64,000 nt of DNA from Lachnospiraceae bacterium. Lineage in GTDB: Bacteria > Bacillota > Clostridia > Lachnospirales > Lachnospiraceae. How positions within the stretch are numbered: position 1 is the first letter of the stretch; each line of letters begins with the position of its first letter. The stretch spans positions 48,128-112,127 of the forward strand of contig JAFSTX010000065.1 in the NCBI GenBank assembly GCA_017445585.1, written 5' to 3'. The position numbers were made by a program, and so were the translations under genes. The notes under the pieces are model-generated. The model did not search any database. It was not told the origin of the DNA and saw nothing but the letters and a program-made list of their open reading frames with translations. Shown here one piece after another: positions 1 through 9,794 of the stretch.

Positions 1-374
1 ATATAATTGTTGCGGCCTTCCTCCAGGCTCTGGCTGTTCACATTCGTGCCCGGAGTGACGATGCGTATCACCTCGCGTTTCACCAGGCCCTTGGCGGTCC
101 TGGGGTCTTCCACCTGCTCGGCTATGGCTACCTTGTAGCCTTTTTCCACCAGCCTGTCTATATAGCTGTCCGCGGCATGGAAGGGTACCCCGCACATCGG
201 AGCGCGCTCCTCGAGCCCGCAGTCCTTGCCCGTAAGGAACAGATCCAGCTCCCTGGATACGAGCAGAGCGTCATCAAAAAACAGCTCGTAAAAATCTCCG
301 AGCCTGTAAAAGAGCAGACAGTCGGGGTTCTGCTTCTTCGTCTCCAGATAATGCTGCATCATAGGTGAAAGCAT
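1..374 (-). CDS. mutS: DNA mismatch repair protein MutS, N-terminal fragment (continues beyond window start)
   Basis: Not in the ORF track because it runs off the window. Reverse-strand translation from the ATG at 372-374 gives [45 protein letters not shown]..., the canonical MutS domain I start. It lies directly downstream of miaB. Confidence 0.85.
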   Translation of the reverse strand, partial: MLSPMMQHYLETKKQNPDCLLFYRLGDFYELFFDDALLVSRELDLFLTGKDCGLEERAPMCGVPFHAADSYIDRLVEKGYKVAIAEQVEDPRTAKGLVKREVIRIVTPGTNVNSQSLEEGRNNY

Positions 375-1790
375 CTATTCTTCCATCCTTCCGATATAAT
401 AGAATCCACGCGACTCTGTAAGCCTCACGGGTACGATCCTGCCTATGAGGGAGGCATCTCCGCTGAAATGAACCATGAGATTATTGGACAGCCTGCCTGT
501 AAGACCGCCTTCTGTATGATCGTCTCTCTCCTCCACCAGGACTTCCCGAACACTGCCCAGGTCTCTGGCGCAGACCGTGGATGCGGTCTCCTGCACGAGA
601 TCAAGCAGACGGTTGAAACGGTCACGGATCACGTCCTCCGGAACCTGGTCCGGCATGGACGCGGCAGGAGTACCGTCGCGTTTTGAATAAATAAATGTAA
701 ACGCACTGTCATAGCGTACACGTCTTACCACATCCAGAGTCTCTTCAAAATCCTCCTCGCTTTCCCCGGGGAAGCCGACTATGATATCGGTAGTCAGCGC
801 GATGTCGGGAATGCGCTCTCTGATGCGCTCAACGAGCACCAGATATGACTCCTTGGAATAGTGCCTGTTCATAGCCTTAAGTATACGGGTAGAGCCGGAC
901 TGAAGCGGCAGATGCAGATGGCGGCAGATCTTTGACGATCCTGCCATGGTCTCTATGAGCTCGTCCGAGAGGTCCTTGGGATGGGACGTCATAAAACGTA
1001 TCCTCCGCAGTCCCTCTATCTGCTCGATCTCCCGCAGAAGCGCGGCAAATGACATCGGTTCCGGCAGGTTTCTGCCATAGGAATTCACATTCTGTCCGAG
1101 CAGCATGACCTCTACTACGCCGTCGTCCACAAGGCGCCTGATCTCTGCAATGATGTCTTCCGGCCTGCGGCTGCGCTCGCGCCCCCTGACATAGGGCACT
1201 ATACAGTAGCTGCAGAAATTGTTGCAGCCGAACATGATGTTCACGCCGGATTTGAACGGATATTTGCGTACCGAAGGCAGATCCTCAACGATCTGCTGCG
1301 TGCCCTCCCATACGTCGACGACCATGCCGCTTCCGTTCATGCGTTCATACAGAAGCTGAGCCAGCTTGAAGATATTGTGCGTACCGAAAACGATGTCTAC
1401 AAAGGGATATTTTTCACGCACACGGGTCACTTCGGCTTCTTCCTGCATCATGCAGCCGCAGATGGCTATGAGGGTATCCGGATGCTCTCTCTTGTATGCC
1501 TTCATATGTCCGAGGCGTCCGTATACACGTTCGTTTGCGTTCTCGCGCACCGTACAGGTATTATAGAGTACGAAATCCGCCTGCTCTGTGTCCGCTTCGA
1601 CAAAACCGGCATCCAGAAGTATGCCCATGAGTTTTTCGGAATCACGCGCGTTCATCTGGCAGCCAAAGGTCGCGATATATGCAGTCAGAGGCCGTCCGAT
1701 ACGCTCGGAGCGCTCTCTGACCATCCTGCGCACCTTTTCCGTATATTTTCTCTGAAGCAGGGCTTCGCCCTGAGGATCTGTCATGTTCAT
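375..1790 (-). CDS. miaB: tRNA-i6A37 methylthiotransferase MiaB (radical SAM)
   Basis: 471-aa ORF with a UPF0004 N-domain (ATFGCQMN), a radical-SAM CxxxCxxC (FGCNNFCSYCIVPY) and a C-terminal TRAM-like region. ATGA overlap with the upstream gene. Confidence 0.9.
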   Translation of the reverse strand: MNMTDPQGEALLQRKYTEKVRRMVRERSERIGRPLTAYIATFGCQMNARDSEKLMGILLDAGFVEADTEQADFVLYNTCTVRENANERVYGRLGHMKAYKREHPDTLIAICGCMMQEEAEVTRVREKYPFVDIVFGTHNIFKLAQLLYERMNGSGMVVDVWEGTQQIVEDLPSVRKYPFKSGVNIMFGCNNFCSYCIVPYVRGRERSRRPEDIIAEIRRLVDDGVVEVMLLGQNVNSYGRNLPEPMSFAALLREIEQIEGLRRIRFMTSHPKDLSDELIETMAGSSKICRHLHLPLQSGSTRILKAMNRHYSKESYLVLVERIRERIPDIALTTDIIVGFPGESEEDFEETLDVVRRVRYDSAFTFIYSKRDGTPAASMPDQVPEDVIRDRFNRLLDLVQETASTVCARDLGSVREVLVEERDDHTEGGLTGRLSNNLMVHFSGDASLIGRIVPVRLTESRGFYYIGRMEE

Positions 1791-2023
1791 CAGCTCAGCT
1801 TTCCGTTTCTGTTTTTGCCGTATTTTTCACCGAGATTGACTCTGCTGCCATCCGGATAGACCACAGTCGTGGCATCCAGACTTCCCCTCAGGTTCTCTCT
1901 GATGGCAGCGATATAGCGCTGGCGCAGTCCGTCGTGCTCCGCTATCTCTTCGGTAGTTGCTGTACCTTCTTTTCTCTTATGGTAAAGCTCATTGATCCTC
2001 TTGATATCGTCTTCTGTCAGCAT
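1790..2023 (-). CDS. DUF896 (UPF0291, YnzC-like) small protein
   Basis: Internal start MLTEDDIKRINELYHKRKEG...RQRYIAAIRENLRGSL matches the DUF896 pattern. The longer ORF-track start would overlap the upstream gene by about 100 nt. Confidence 0.7.
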   Translation of the reverse strand: MLTEDDIKRINELYHKRKEGTATTEEIAEHDGLRQRYIAAIRENLRGSLDATTVVYPDGSRVNLGEKYGKNRNGKLS

Positions 2024-3603
2024 GGTCTGTATCTCCTTATGATCTCTTCCGCTACACGCATTCCGTCCATCGCTGCCGAGGTGATGCCTCCTGCATATCC
2101 GGCGCCTTCTCCGCATGGGAAGAGTCCCTTGATATTACTTTCATAGTCGTCTCCGCGCAGGATTCGAAGCGGCGACGAGGTGCGTCCTTCCACGCCGGTC
2201 AGCACCGCATCCGCTCTGTCAAATCCGCCGATGCGTCTGCCGAAGATCCTGATTCCCTCGGCAATATCCGCTGAGAGTTCCCCGCCGAAGATCCCATCTA
2301 CGCGTCCGAAGCTCCATCTGCCGCAGATATCGCTCTCCACGTCTCCAAAAGCATCCGAGACGGCTCCCCTGCAGAAATCCCCGTAGAGCTGCAGCGGAAT
2401 GGCGCCTCCTCCCATCCGGAAGGCTTTTTGCTCGAGCGCTCTCTGCCAGACTACTCCTGAAAGCGGGCTCTCATCTCCGAAATCCGAAGTCCTGACCGTA
2501 ACGATCATGGCGCTGTTTGCGTTTCTCCCGTCCCGCAGGCTGCGGCTCATACCGTTAATACAGATACCTCCCTCTTCGGTAGAGGAATCCACGACCTGTC
2601 CTCCGGGACACATACAGAAGCTGTAAATACCTCTGCCATCGCCGCACCTGGCTGAAAGCCTGTAGTCCGCCACGGGAAAATGCTCATAGTCGACGCAGCC
2701 GTACTGCGACTGCTGGATCATGTCCTGAGGATGCTCAATGCGTACACCTACTGCAAAATCCTTTGGCTGCATGGCCGCGCCCCGATTCAGGAGCATCTCA
2801 TAGGTATCCCTTGCGGAATGACCGATCGCCAGAATGACGCTGCATGCGTCAATATTTTTCTCACCCTCGGGAGATCTCAGAGTCAGTTCGGGTCCCGAGG
2901 CGCCGCTCTTTATGTCGGTAAGCTTTGTCTCAAAGGCGAATTCACCTCCGAGCCTTATGATCTCTTCTCTGAGATTCCTGACCACGCGCCGCAGGACGTC
3001 GGTCCCTATATGCGGCTTGTGCCAGTAAGTCACGGACGGATCTGCGCCCATATCTGCAAAAGTCTGAAGTATAAAAGCTTCTCTGCCGGCCTCATCGCGA
3101 ACTCCGGTGGTCAGCTTGCCGTCAGAAAAAGTCCCGGCTCCGCCCTCACCGAAGCACACATTGGAATCCGGATCGGGTCTGCCGCTTTGCCAGAATTTAT
3201 CCACATCCAAAGCACGCTGCTCCACCTGTCTTCCGCGCTCTATGATCAGGGGCCTGTATCCGCAGCGCGCGAGCATCAGCCCGGCAAAGAGCCCCGCAGG
3301 CCCGGCTCCGATGACTACGTGCCTTCCGGCAGCCTCTCTAAGGCCGTATTCTGGCTCCTGATAGCTTCTGATCTCCGCGAAGGAACATTTTCTCCCCAAT
3401 CTCCCAAACGAGCGGAAATCCGGCTTAAAAGCCACGGAATAGATGTATCTGATCGCCGACTTGTCTCTGGCGTCCAGAGACTTCCTGATGATCGAATAAT
3501 CATCAGGAGTGCAGCGCACGCCTTCGCGGTAAAGCAGAGCGGTCAGCTTTTCAGGCGGATCATACGGGCTTAGCCTCAGATCCGATACGACAAGTCTCTT
3601 CAT
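2017..3603 (-). CDS. FAD-dependent protein (COG2509-type uncharacterised dehydrogenase)
   Basis: Rossmann motif VVIGAGPAGLFAGLMLAR, and C-terminal PCGEGAGYAGGITSAAMDG typical of this family. Start chosen at MKRLVV (ATG ending at 3603), which forms an ATGA overlap with the upstream stop. Confidence 0.7.
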   Translation of the reverse strand: MKRLVVSDLRLSPYDPPEKLTALLYREGVRCTPDDYSIIRKSLDARDKSAIRYIYSVAFKPDFRSFGRLGRKCSFAEIRSYQEPEYGLREAAGRHVVIGAGPAGLFAGLMLARCGYRPLIIERGRQVEQRALDVDKFWQSGRPDPDSNVCFGEGGAGTFSDGKLTTGVRDEAGREAFILQTFADMGADPSVTYWHKPHIGTDVLRRVVRNLREEIIRLGGEFAFETKLTDIKSGASGPELTLRSPEGEKNIDACSVILAIGHSARDTYEMLLNRGAAMQPKDFAVGVRIEHPQDMIQQSQYGCVDYEHFPVADYRLSARCGDGRGIYSFCMCPGGQVVDSSTEEGGICINGMSRSLRDGRNANSAMIVTVRTSDFGDESPLSGVVWQRALEQKAFRMGGGAIPLQLYGDFCRGAVSDAFGDVESDICGRWSFGRVDGIFGGELSADIAEGIRIFGRRIGGFDRADAVLTGVEGRTSSPLRILRGDDYESNIKGLFPCGEGAGYAGGITSAAMDGMRVAEEIIRRYRPC

Positions 3604-4811
3604 CAGCTCCTGCGGCTCCCTATCTCGCACCTCTCAAACAGAGCCCTGTGCTCATCGCTTATCTCCATCCCGGCAAAAGTTCTGCCGGTGGCCGCGCTAA
3701 ACCCAGCCATGACGCCGCTGGCCCAGGCAAAATGAAGATTATACCCGCCGCACAGACCATCCACATCCAGTATCTCTCCGGCAAAAAACAGTCCCGGCAC
3801 GATACGGGAGGCAAAGGTCGCGGGGTCAGTTTCGGAGAGCTCCACTCCACCGCTGGTGACATGAGCATTATCAAAGCCGGACGTCCCCTCCGGTATCAGG
3901 TTATAGTTCTTTGCAGATGCGGCAGGGTCAGCCTCCTGTGAAAGTACAGCCGCGAGTCTGGCCGGGACGAGCCCGGAAAGTCCGCAGCGGGTACCTGACA
4001 CGCTCCTGATCTCGTCTTCCGTCAGATTAGGTACGAAATCAGCGCAGATACGCAGATCGCTGCCTTTATTCCTGCTTATGATCCTGGCAAGGCTCATGGC
4101 AGGGATACCGGATACGCCATAATCCGTGATCTGTATCTCTCCGCGCGTAATGCGCAGGAGTCTTTCTCCGGCATACAGACCGAGCGAAGCCGTAACCCGG
4201 GATCCTGAAGCCGAAGTGATCGGGCTTTTGCACACTATTCCGGACAGTCCCGGTGAGAGACTGCTCACGTGATGCCCCAGCGATCTGACGATCCCGTAGC
4301 AGCTTCCGTCCGTCCCGAAGACAGGTGATGCCTTGCCGCCGGCAGCTATTATGACGCGGTCCGCCCTGTAGGTATATCCTTCTGTCTGTATATCGAATCC
4401 GTCACCGGTACGGACTATCCCAGTGACAGTGGTATTGTTATGTATCCTGACGCGCCTTTTTTCACACTCGGCCAGCAGTGCGCCGCGTACAGACGCCGCC
4501 TCCTCGCTGCGAGGGTAGACGTAGCCGTCCCTGATCACCGGCAGCAGCCCCATGGAAAAAAAGAATTCCAGAGCAGACTCCGGAGGAAAAACTCCCAGAA
4601 AAGCGGATACATACTCGCTGGGACAGTCGTAATAACTGTCCCGGTCCATACGCATATTTGTAAAATTGCAGCGTCCGCCGCCTGTGGCGAGTATCTTGCG
4701 GGCGGGCTTTTCACTGCGTTCGATCACCGATACGTCCGCGCCCTCCCTGGCAGCTGCTATGGCTGCGGCCAGACCTGCCGCGCCGCCGCCTATCACATAT
4801 ATCCCGCTCAT
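3603..4811 (-). CDS. HI0933/YhiN-like flavoprotein (aminoacetone-oxidase family FAD-binding enzyme)
   Basis: N-terminus VIGGGAAGLAAAIAAAREG...ATGGGRCNFTN and C-terminus FFAGEILDVDGLCGGYNLHFAWASG are hallmark HI0933-like motifs. Confidence 0.75.
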   Translation of the reverse strand: MSGIYVIGGGAAGLAAAIAAAREGADVSVIERSEKPARKILATGGGRCNFTNMRMDRDSYYDCPSEYVSAFLGVFPPESALEFFFSMGLLPVIRDGYVYPRSEEAASVRGALLAECEKRRVRIHNNTTVTGIVRTGDGFDIQTEGYTYRADRVIIAAGGKASPVFGTDGSCYGIVRSLGHHVSSLSPGLSGIVCKSPITSASGSRVTASLGLYAGERLLRITRGEIQITDYGVSGIPAMSLARIISRNKGSDLRICADFVPNLTEDEIRSVSGTRCGLSGLVPARLAAVLSQEADPAASAKNYNLIPEGTSGFDNAHVTSGGVELSETDPATFASRIVPGLFFAGEILDVDGLCGGYNLHFAWASGVMAGFSAATGRTFAGMEISDEHRALFERCEIGSRRS

Positions 4812-4814
4812 CTG

Positions 4815-6455
4815 TTACCTCATAAGCTTTATTTTCTTAAGCATACGGACCATCTTTCTGCCGATCTCGACACGGTTCAGATCCTTTTCCACGATGCCGC
4901 CGGTCAGTATCAGAGCTTCCAGATAGATGATCACACCCAGCAGCACAGCCAGAAGAACCGAAAGCGCGTTGCTGCCGCTTACGGCGTGCACACCCAGATA
5001 GATCAGCCATGCGGCCAATCCCATGATCGCAGACGATACCAGAGGACTGACAAAGGTCTTGTAGATATTCTGACGGTACCCGATCTTACGGCTGAGACTG
5101 ATTATATTAAGTACTGACATCACGATATAGAAGAAGATATTCGCGATTACCACGCCGTAGATCCCCGCATCGAATACCCAGAGTATCAGGGCCAGGAAAG
5201 CTATATGACTGACCAGCGCGATCGCTGCGTTTCTGACAGGAATCCAGATATTGCCCATGCCCTGGAGCACCGAATTACCGATAGTGGAGAGAGCGGTAAA
5301 GAGTATCGCCGAAGAACCGGCCATCATAAGCCCGGCGGCCAGAGTATTATCCGAGGAAAAGAGCATGTCCATAATTGGTCTTGCGAGCACTGCCATGCCC
5401 ACGGTTGCAGGAATGGCGATAAACATGTTGAAGCGTATCGCAAGTCCGCTCTTCTTTGCCAGATCCTTGCTGTCGCGTTTGGCTGCAGAAGCTGCAAGCG
5501 CCGGTATCACAGCCGAGCCCAGAGCTGACGCGATCGCCGTGGGCACATGGATAAGCACTGTATATTTGCCGCTGTAGGCACCCCATATGGATTTGTAATC
5601 GGTCTGTATATACGCTCCGAATATACCCTGATCGATGATGGAGCTGATCTGGTATACGGTAGAACTCAGGAGCACGGGGAAGATAGTCATTACCAGAGCC
5701 TTCATCAGCAGAGGATAACGCTCCGTGCTGCCGCTCCCGTCCCTGACGCACCTTTTCAGAGCCGGTCTGCGCTGCAGGGTATAGAGTACCGTACAAAACA
5801 TGAAAGCCGTAGCCGCTCCGGCCCCGGTACCGATCGTACCGCCGGCTGCACCATACGCGGAGCTGTAGTAATCACCTGTCCCCTGAGCCAGATCCATTGC
5901 GGCTCCCTGTCTGAAAAGCAAAAGCCCCGCGATGATACTGACCGCGGCGTTAACTATCTGTTCAAATACCTGCGACTGGGCTGTCGGGATCATGGTCCCA
6001 TGTCCCTGGAAATAGCCTCTCAGTACTCCGAGGAACGCCATGATAAAGATCGTCGGAGCCAGAGTTTTTATGGCGAGAGCAGCCTGAGGCATATTCATGA
6101 GCGCAGCAAAGCTGTCAGCACCTAAGAAACAGATGATGCCCATGATCCCGCCTGAAACCAGCGCAAAGAAACACGCGCAGATAAAGATGCGGCGGGTATT
6201 TATATACTGCTTAAGAGCCAGTCTTGAGGCCACGAGCCTCGATACGGCAAGAGGCAGCGTATAACTGGAAATGAGCAGAAGGATATTGTAGACGCTGTAA
6301 GCCGTGGAATACACGCCGATACCGCCCTCGCCGATGATATTCGTGAGGGGTATGCGGTAGAGCAGACCGATGATGCGGACTACTATGCCCGCGATCGCCA
6401 GGATACTGCCCTGTACTATAAAGCTGTCACTTTTGATCCTTTTGCCCATCTGCAT
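4815..6455 (-). CDS. MOP-superfamily flippase (polysaccharide biosynthesis / SpoVB-MurJ-like membrane protein)
   Basis: 546 aa with about 14 predicted hydrophobic helices. The N-terminal pattern GSILAIAGIVVRIIGLLYRIPLTNIIG..G.GVY is typical of the family. Confidence 0.75.
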   Translation of the reverse strand: MQMGKRIKSDSFIVQGSILAIAGIVVRIIGLLYRIPLTNIIGEGGIGVYSTAYSVYNILLLISSYTLPLAVSRLVASRLALKQYINTRRIFICACFFALVSGGIMGIICFLGADSFAALMNMPQAALAIKTLAPTIFIMAFLGVLRGYFQGHGTMIPTAQSQVFEQIVNAAVSIIAGLLLFRQGAAMDLAQGTGDYYSSAYGAAGGTIGTGAGAATAFMFCTVLYTLQRRPALKRCVRDGSGSTERYPLLMKALVMTIFPVLLSSTVYQISSIIDQGIFGAYIQTDYKSIWGAYSGKYTVLIHVPTAIASALGSAVIPALAASAAKRDSKDLAKKSGLAIRFNMFIAIPATVGMAVLARPIMDMLFSSDNTLAAGLMMAGSSAILFTALSTIGNSVLQGMGNIWIPVRNAAIALVSHIAFLALILWVFDAGIYGVVIANIFFYIVMSVLNIISLSRKIGYRQNIYKTFVSPLVSSAIMGLAAWLIYLGVHAVSGSNALSVLLAVLLGVIIYLEALILTGGIVEKDLNRVEIGRKMVRMLKKIKLMR

Positions 6456-6464
6456 GATCCGTTT

Positions 6465-6965
6465 CTATCTGCTGATCCCCAGTTCATCGAGGATCTCTCG
6501 CTGCCGATCCTCCATTACCAGTCTCTCGCTGTCGTTCTCATGATCGTACCCGAGCAGGTGCAGCATACTGTGCGCCACGAGAAACGCAAGCTCTCTCTCC
6601 CGGCTGTGTCCGTAGCTCTCCGCCTGTGACTTGACCTTCTGTACCGAGATCGCTATATCTCCCAGCAGCAGTTCGCCGGTACCCGGATGGAAATAAAAGT
6701 CAGAGAGCTCGTCCTCGAGAGCTTCGTATCCGGCAGGCCGCTCCCAGTCCACCATGGGGAAGGAAAGCACGTCCGTGGTCTTTTCGATATACCGGAATTT
6801 TGTATTCAGTTCCTTTATGCGCTCATCGTCAGCCAGGAGCACGTTTACTTCCGCCTCGTAAGGACATTTTTCGTGTTTGAGAACGCCGCGGACGACCCTG
6901 TCTATTATGTTCTCATACTCAAGGTCAAGCGGCTCTTTTGCTTCGTATTCTATCTCAATATTCAT
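6465..6965 (-). CDS. ybeY: rRNA maturation RNase YbeY
   Basis: 166 aa with the zinc motif HSMLHLLGYDH. ATGA overlap with phoH-like, matching the classical phoH-ybeY order. Confidence 0.9.
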   Translation of the reverse strand: MNIEIEYEAKEPLDLEYENIIDRVVRGVLKHEKCPYEAEVNVLLADDERIKELNTKFRYIEKTTDVLSFPMVDWERPAGYEALEDELSDFYFHPGTGELLLGDIAISVQKVKSQAESYGHSRERELAFLVAHSMLHLLGYDHENDSERLVMEDRQREILDELGISR

Positions 6966-7969
6966 AATCTCTTCTTCTTTTCGTAGGATTCTTTGCGTTT
7001 GGCCCTGTAGTCTTCTTTTTTCTCGTATTTCTCGTAGGCCTCGACGATCTTCTGGACCAGCGGATGCCTCACCACGTCGCGGTTCGTAAGCTCGATTATG
7101 GCAATATCCTCCACATCCCTAAGGACTTTGAGCGCCACGTCCAGACCCGAAACGGTCCCTGCAGGCAGATCCTTCTGAGTGATATCTCCCGTGATGATGA
7201 CCTTTGATCCAAAACCTATACGCGTCAGGAACATCTTCATCTGAGCCGGGGTCGTATTCTGGGCCTCATCGAGGATGATAAAAGCATTGTCCAGAGTGCG
7301 TCCGCGCATGTAGGCCAAAGGAGCGACCTCTATCGCACCCTTCTCGTAATTGTGCTGGTAGCTCTCCGCGCCCATGATCTGATAGAGGGCGTCGTACAGA
7401 GGACGCAGATACGGGTCGATCTTGCTCTGAAGATCGCCCGGGAGGAATCCAAGCTTCTCACCGGCTTCTATGGCAGGGCGCGTCAGAATCATCCGGTTCA
7501 CATCGCCGTCCTTAAAAGCCTGAATAGCCATCGCCATGCCCAGATACGTCTTTCCGGTGCCGGCCGGGCCGAGCCCGAAGCAGATCATATTATTCCTGAT
7601 GGCGTCTACGTACTTTTTCTGACCTGCGGTCTTGGGCTTGATCGGTTTGCCGTTGATCGTGCGGCAGACGATGTCGGAGTCCAGGTCGACTGCGTGCAGC
7701 TTCATGCCTTCGAGAGCTGTCGCTATAGTATAGTCCACGCTCTGCTCGTCGATCTCGCTGCCGCGGCTGTGCAGGGAAGCAAGCTCGCTGATGACTTCGG
7801 TTGCTTTGTCCGCAGCATTTTCGTCACCGATCACTTTCACACCGTCACCCCGGGCTATGATGCTGACCCCAAATGCCCTCTCGATCTTTTTGAGATATCT
7901 GTCCAGCTGACCGCTTACTGCCTTGAGAGCGTCTGCGGGAATGTCTATGGTCTTATGATGTTCTTCCAT
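6962..7969 (-). CDS. phoH: PhoH-family ATPase
   Basis: Walker A GPAGTGKTYLGMAMA and the PhoH signature ILDEAQNTTPAQMKMFLTRIGFGSK. Start set at MEEHHKTIDIP because the ORF-track extension runs through the rpsU terminator. Confidence 0.85.
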   Translation of the reverse strand: MEEHHKTIDIPADALKAVSGQLDRYLKKIERAFGVSIIARGDGVKVIGDENAADKATEVISELASLHSRGSEIDEQSVDYTIATALEGMKLHAVDLDSDIVCRTINGKPIKPKTAGQKKYVDAIRNNMICFGLGPAGTGKTYLGMAMAIQAFKDGDVNRMILTRPAIEAGEKLGFLPGDLQSKIDPYLRPLYDALYQIMGAESYQHNYEKGAIEVAPLAYMRGRTLDNAFIILDEAQNTTPAQMKMFLTRIGFGSKVIITGDITQKDLPAGTVSGLDVALKVLRDVEDIAIIELTNRDVVRHPLVQKIVEAYEKYEKKEDYRAKRKESYEKKKRL

Positions 7970-8040
7970 ATGGCATAATACTCCTTTATAACAACATGAT
8001 ATTTTACCATCTTTTGTGTCATTAGGAAATACGGAAAACC

Positions 8041-8070
8041 AAAAAAAATCCCGCACATAAGGTGCGGGAT
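8041..8070 (-). terminator. Rho-independent terminator of rpsU
   Basis: Minus strand reads ATCCCGCAC-CTTAT-GTGCGGGAT followed by TTTTTTTT, 16 nt after the rpsU stop. Confidence 0.75.
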
Positions 8071-8085
8071 AAATGCTCTGAATAA

Positions 8086-8259
8086 TCAATACTTGCGCTT
8101 GCGGGCTGCCTCAGACTTCTTTTTACGCTTTACGCTGGGCTTCTCGTAATGCTCTCTCTTACGAATCTCCTGCTGGATACCGTCCTTCGCACAGTTTCTC
8201 TTGAATCTGCGAAGTGCGCTATCTAAAGTCTCGTTCTCTTTGACGATAACGGTTGCCAT
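8086..8259 (-). CDS. rpsU: 30S ribosomal protein S21
   Basis: Not in the ORF track (57 aa). Manual translation gives [68 protein letters not shown] upstream. Confidence 0.9.
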   Translation of the reverse strand: MATVIVKENETLDSALRRFKRNCAKDGIQQEIRKREHYEKPSVKRKKKSEAARKRKY

Positions 8260-8315
8260 GTCTACTACCCTCCCTCCAGCTTAGAGATTATGCCGGAAAA
8301 CGCGGCACGTGCTAT

Positions 8316-8343
8316 ATTTTATCAAAAGCATAAAAAAAGTCAA
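8316..8343 (-). promoter_or_regulatory. Candidate sigma-A promoter of rpsU
   Basis: Minus strand has TTGACT (8343-8338), a 16-nt spacer, then TAAAAT (8321-8316) with TG two nt upstream of the -10. Confidence 0.5.
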
Positions 8344-8431
8344 GATGTAATTTGCAGACGCGCAGGACCTGAATCTGCCGTGAATCTGCCGGTGTGCGCC
8401 GCGTCGAATCAAAAACGCTCCTTTGCCTGTA

Positions 8432-9793
8432 TCAGTAGATCTTCTCCCCTTCCAGAGCAGAGGATCCGTCCAGCAGGATGTTATCTCTGGCAGAGATGCC
8501 GTAGGAGGTACCGCGCCTGACTATATAGTATTCTTCATCCTGATCGATTACGATTATGACCTTGAATACGGCGTAGCCTTTGTTCACGGAGAGAACTCCC
8601 GGAAGCGGTTTGACGGCGGATACGGCGAAGCGTTCCTGTGAATCGGGCATGACGACAATGCTGCCCAGATCCAGCTGATCTTTAGGCACGTATGCATAGG
8701 TATCATCCCTGAAGAATATCTCCGCTTCCACGAATTTGGCAGTCGTCCCGTCCACCGTCACAGTCTCCGTAAAGAAACCCTCGCTGTCGGTATTGCCGCC
8801 CTTTGCGATATACTCCAGAGGTATGACGAAGAAATCCTTGCTCGTTACGGCGCTGACCGGGATCTTAAGACCCTGCTGCGCGTTTTTCTCGATGGTCACC
8901 GACAGATATCTGGACTCGGCATACTGTATCATATATTTGGACAGAGTCATAATGCCGTACTTACCCCCGTCAGAACCGGTAAATTCCTCAAAAAGCACGG
9001 TCGTGGATATGCCGGACTCATTGAAAGTGACGTTGACCCGCTCTGCATCCTTCAGATCGTCTGCATCCTGCTCGGAGAGGGGCACCACCACCGACCAGGA
9101 CTCGGAATCTATCAGCTTGTACACGGGAGAACCGGCAGAGACGGCTTCACCGCTGCGGTAATTCTTCTTTTGATACTTCTCGGTATCGAAGTCTTCGGCT
9201 GTAATGTCGGTATAGACAAATCCCTCGTATCCGTCCGAATAATACTCGACAATTCCGATATGGTCGGAAGAATAAGTATGAAAATATGTCTCACTGATAC
9301 CGAGCGACTCCAGGCCTTCCGCAGAGTTGATGTTCAGAAAGCTCAGGAGCCGGTATTCGAGATTGTCCTTGAGGGTATATACGTCGTCGAATTCAGCAGG
9401 GTCATATCCGAGTGAGAACTGCGAGAGGGTCGATGTAAGCTGTGAGAGATTCTCTGTGGAGAGACCGCTCGTGCCCGCACGGGAGGCAAGGAGGTTATTG
9501 AAACTGCCGTTCTCGTCTATGGAATAGATCACGTTCGTCGTAGAGCAGCGGCCGCCGTTCTCAACGTAATAATTCACATACCCGCTGCTCTCCGAGGGAA
9601 TGAGCCTCTCGCTGCGAAGGATCAGCCCCGTATAGGTCGGGTTGCGAGTAAGCGTGACCTCCTCTCCTACAGTATATACAGACACCTTCTCTCTGGTGAG
9701 ATAAGAGATCATGTGGTAGGAAAGGTATATCAGCACCAGCGCAAAAAGTATCACACCGATGGATATTCTGCGGTGTCCGGTGCCTTTGGCCAT
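8432..9793 (-). CDS. Membrane-anchored conserved protein, possibly HlyD-like (barrel-sandwich adaptor fold); function unknown
   Basis: 453 aa with a single N-terminal TM (ISIGVILFALVLIYLSY). The C-terminal beta-rich region resembles periplasmic adaptor proteins. The family assignment is tentative. Confidence 0.45.
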   Translation of the reverse strand: MAKGTGHRRISIGVILFALVLIYLSYHMISYLTREKVSVYTVGEEVTLTRNPTYTGLILRSERLIPSESSGYVNYYVENGGRCSTTNVIYSIDENGSFNNLLASRAGTSGLSTENLSQLTSTLSQFSLGYDPAEFDDVYTLKDNLEYRLLSFLNINSAEGLESLGISETYFHTYSSDHIGIVEYYSDGYEGFVYTDITAEDFDTEKYQKKNYRSGEAVSAGSPVYKLIDSESWSVVVPLSEQDADDLKDAERVNVTFNESGISTTVLFEEFTGSDGGKYGIMTLSKYMIQYAESRYLSVTIEKNAQQGLKIPVSAVTSKDFFVIPLEYIAKGGNTDSEGFFTETVTVDGTTAKFVEAEIFFRDDTYAYVPKDQLDLGSIVVMPDSQERFAVSAVKPLPGVLSVNKGYAVFKVIIVIDQDEEYYIVRRGTSYGISARDNILLDGSSALEGEKIY

Positions 9794-9794
9794 A

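Noticed and set aside
177-368. 63-aa plus-strand ORF at the window start
   Set aside because: It lies antisense to the unmistakable MutS N-terminal coding sequence.
7970-8089. 40-codon N-terminal extension of the PhoH-like ORF
   Set aside because: It would run through the rpsU rho-independent terminator and abut the rpsU stop codon (rpsU starts at 8086). The conserved protein begins at MEEHHK.
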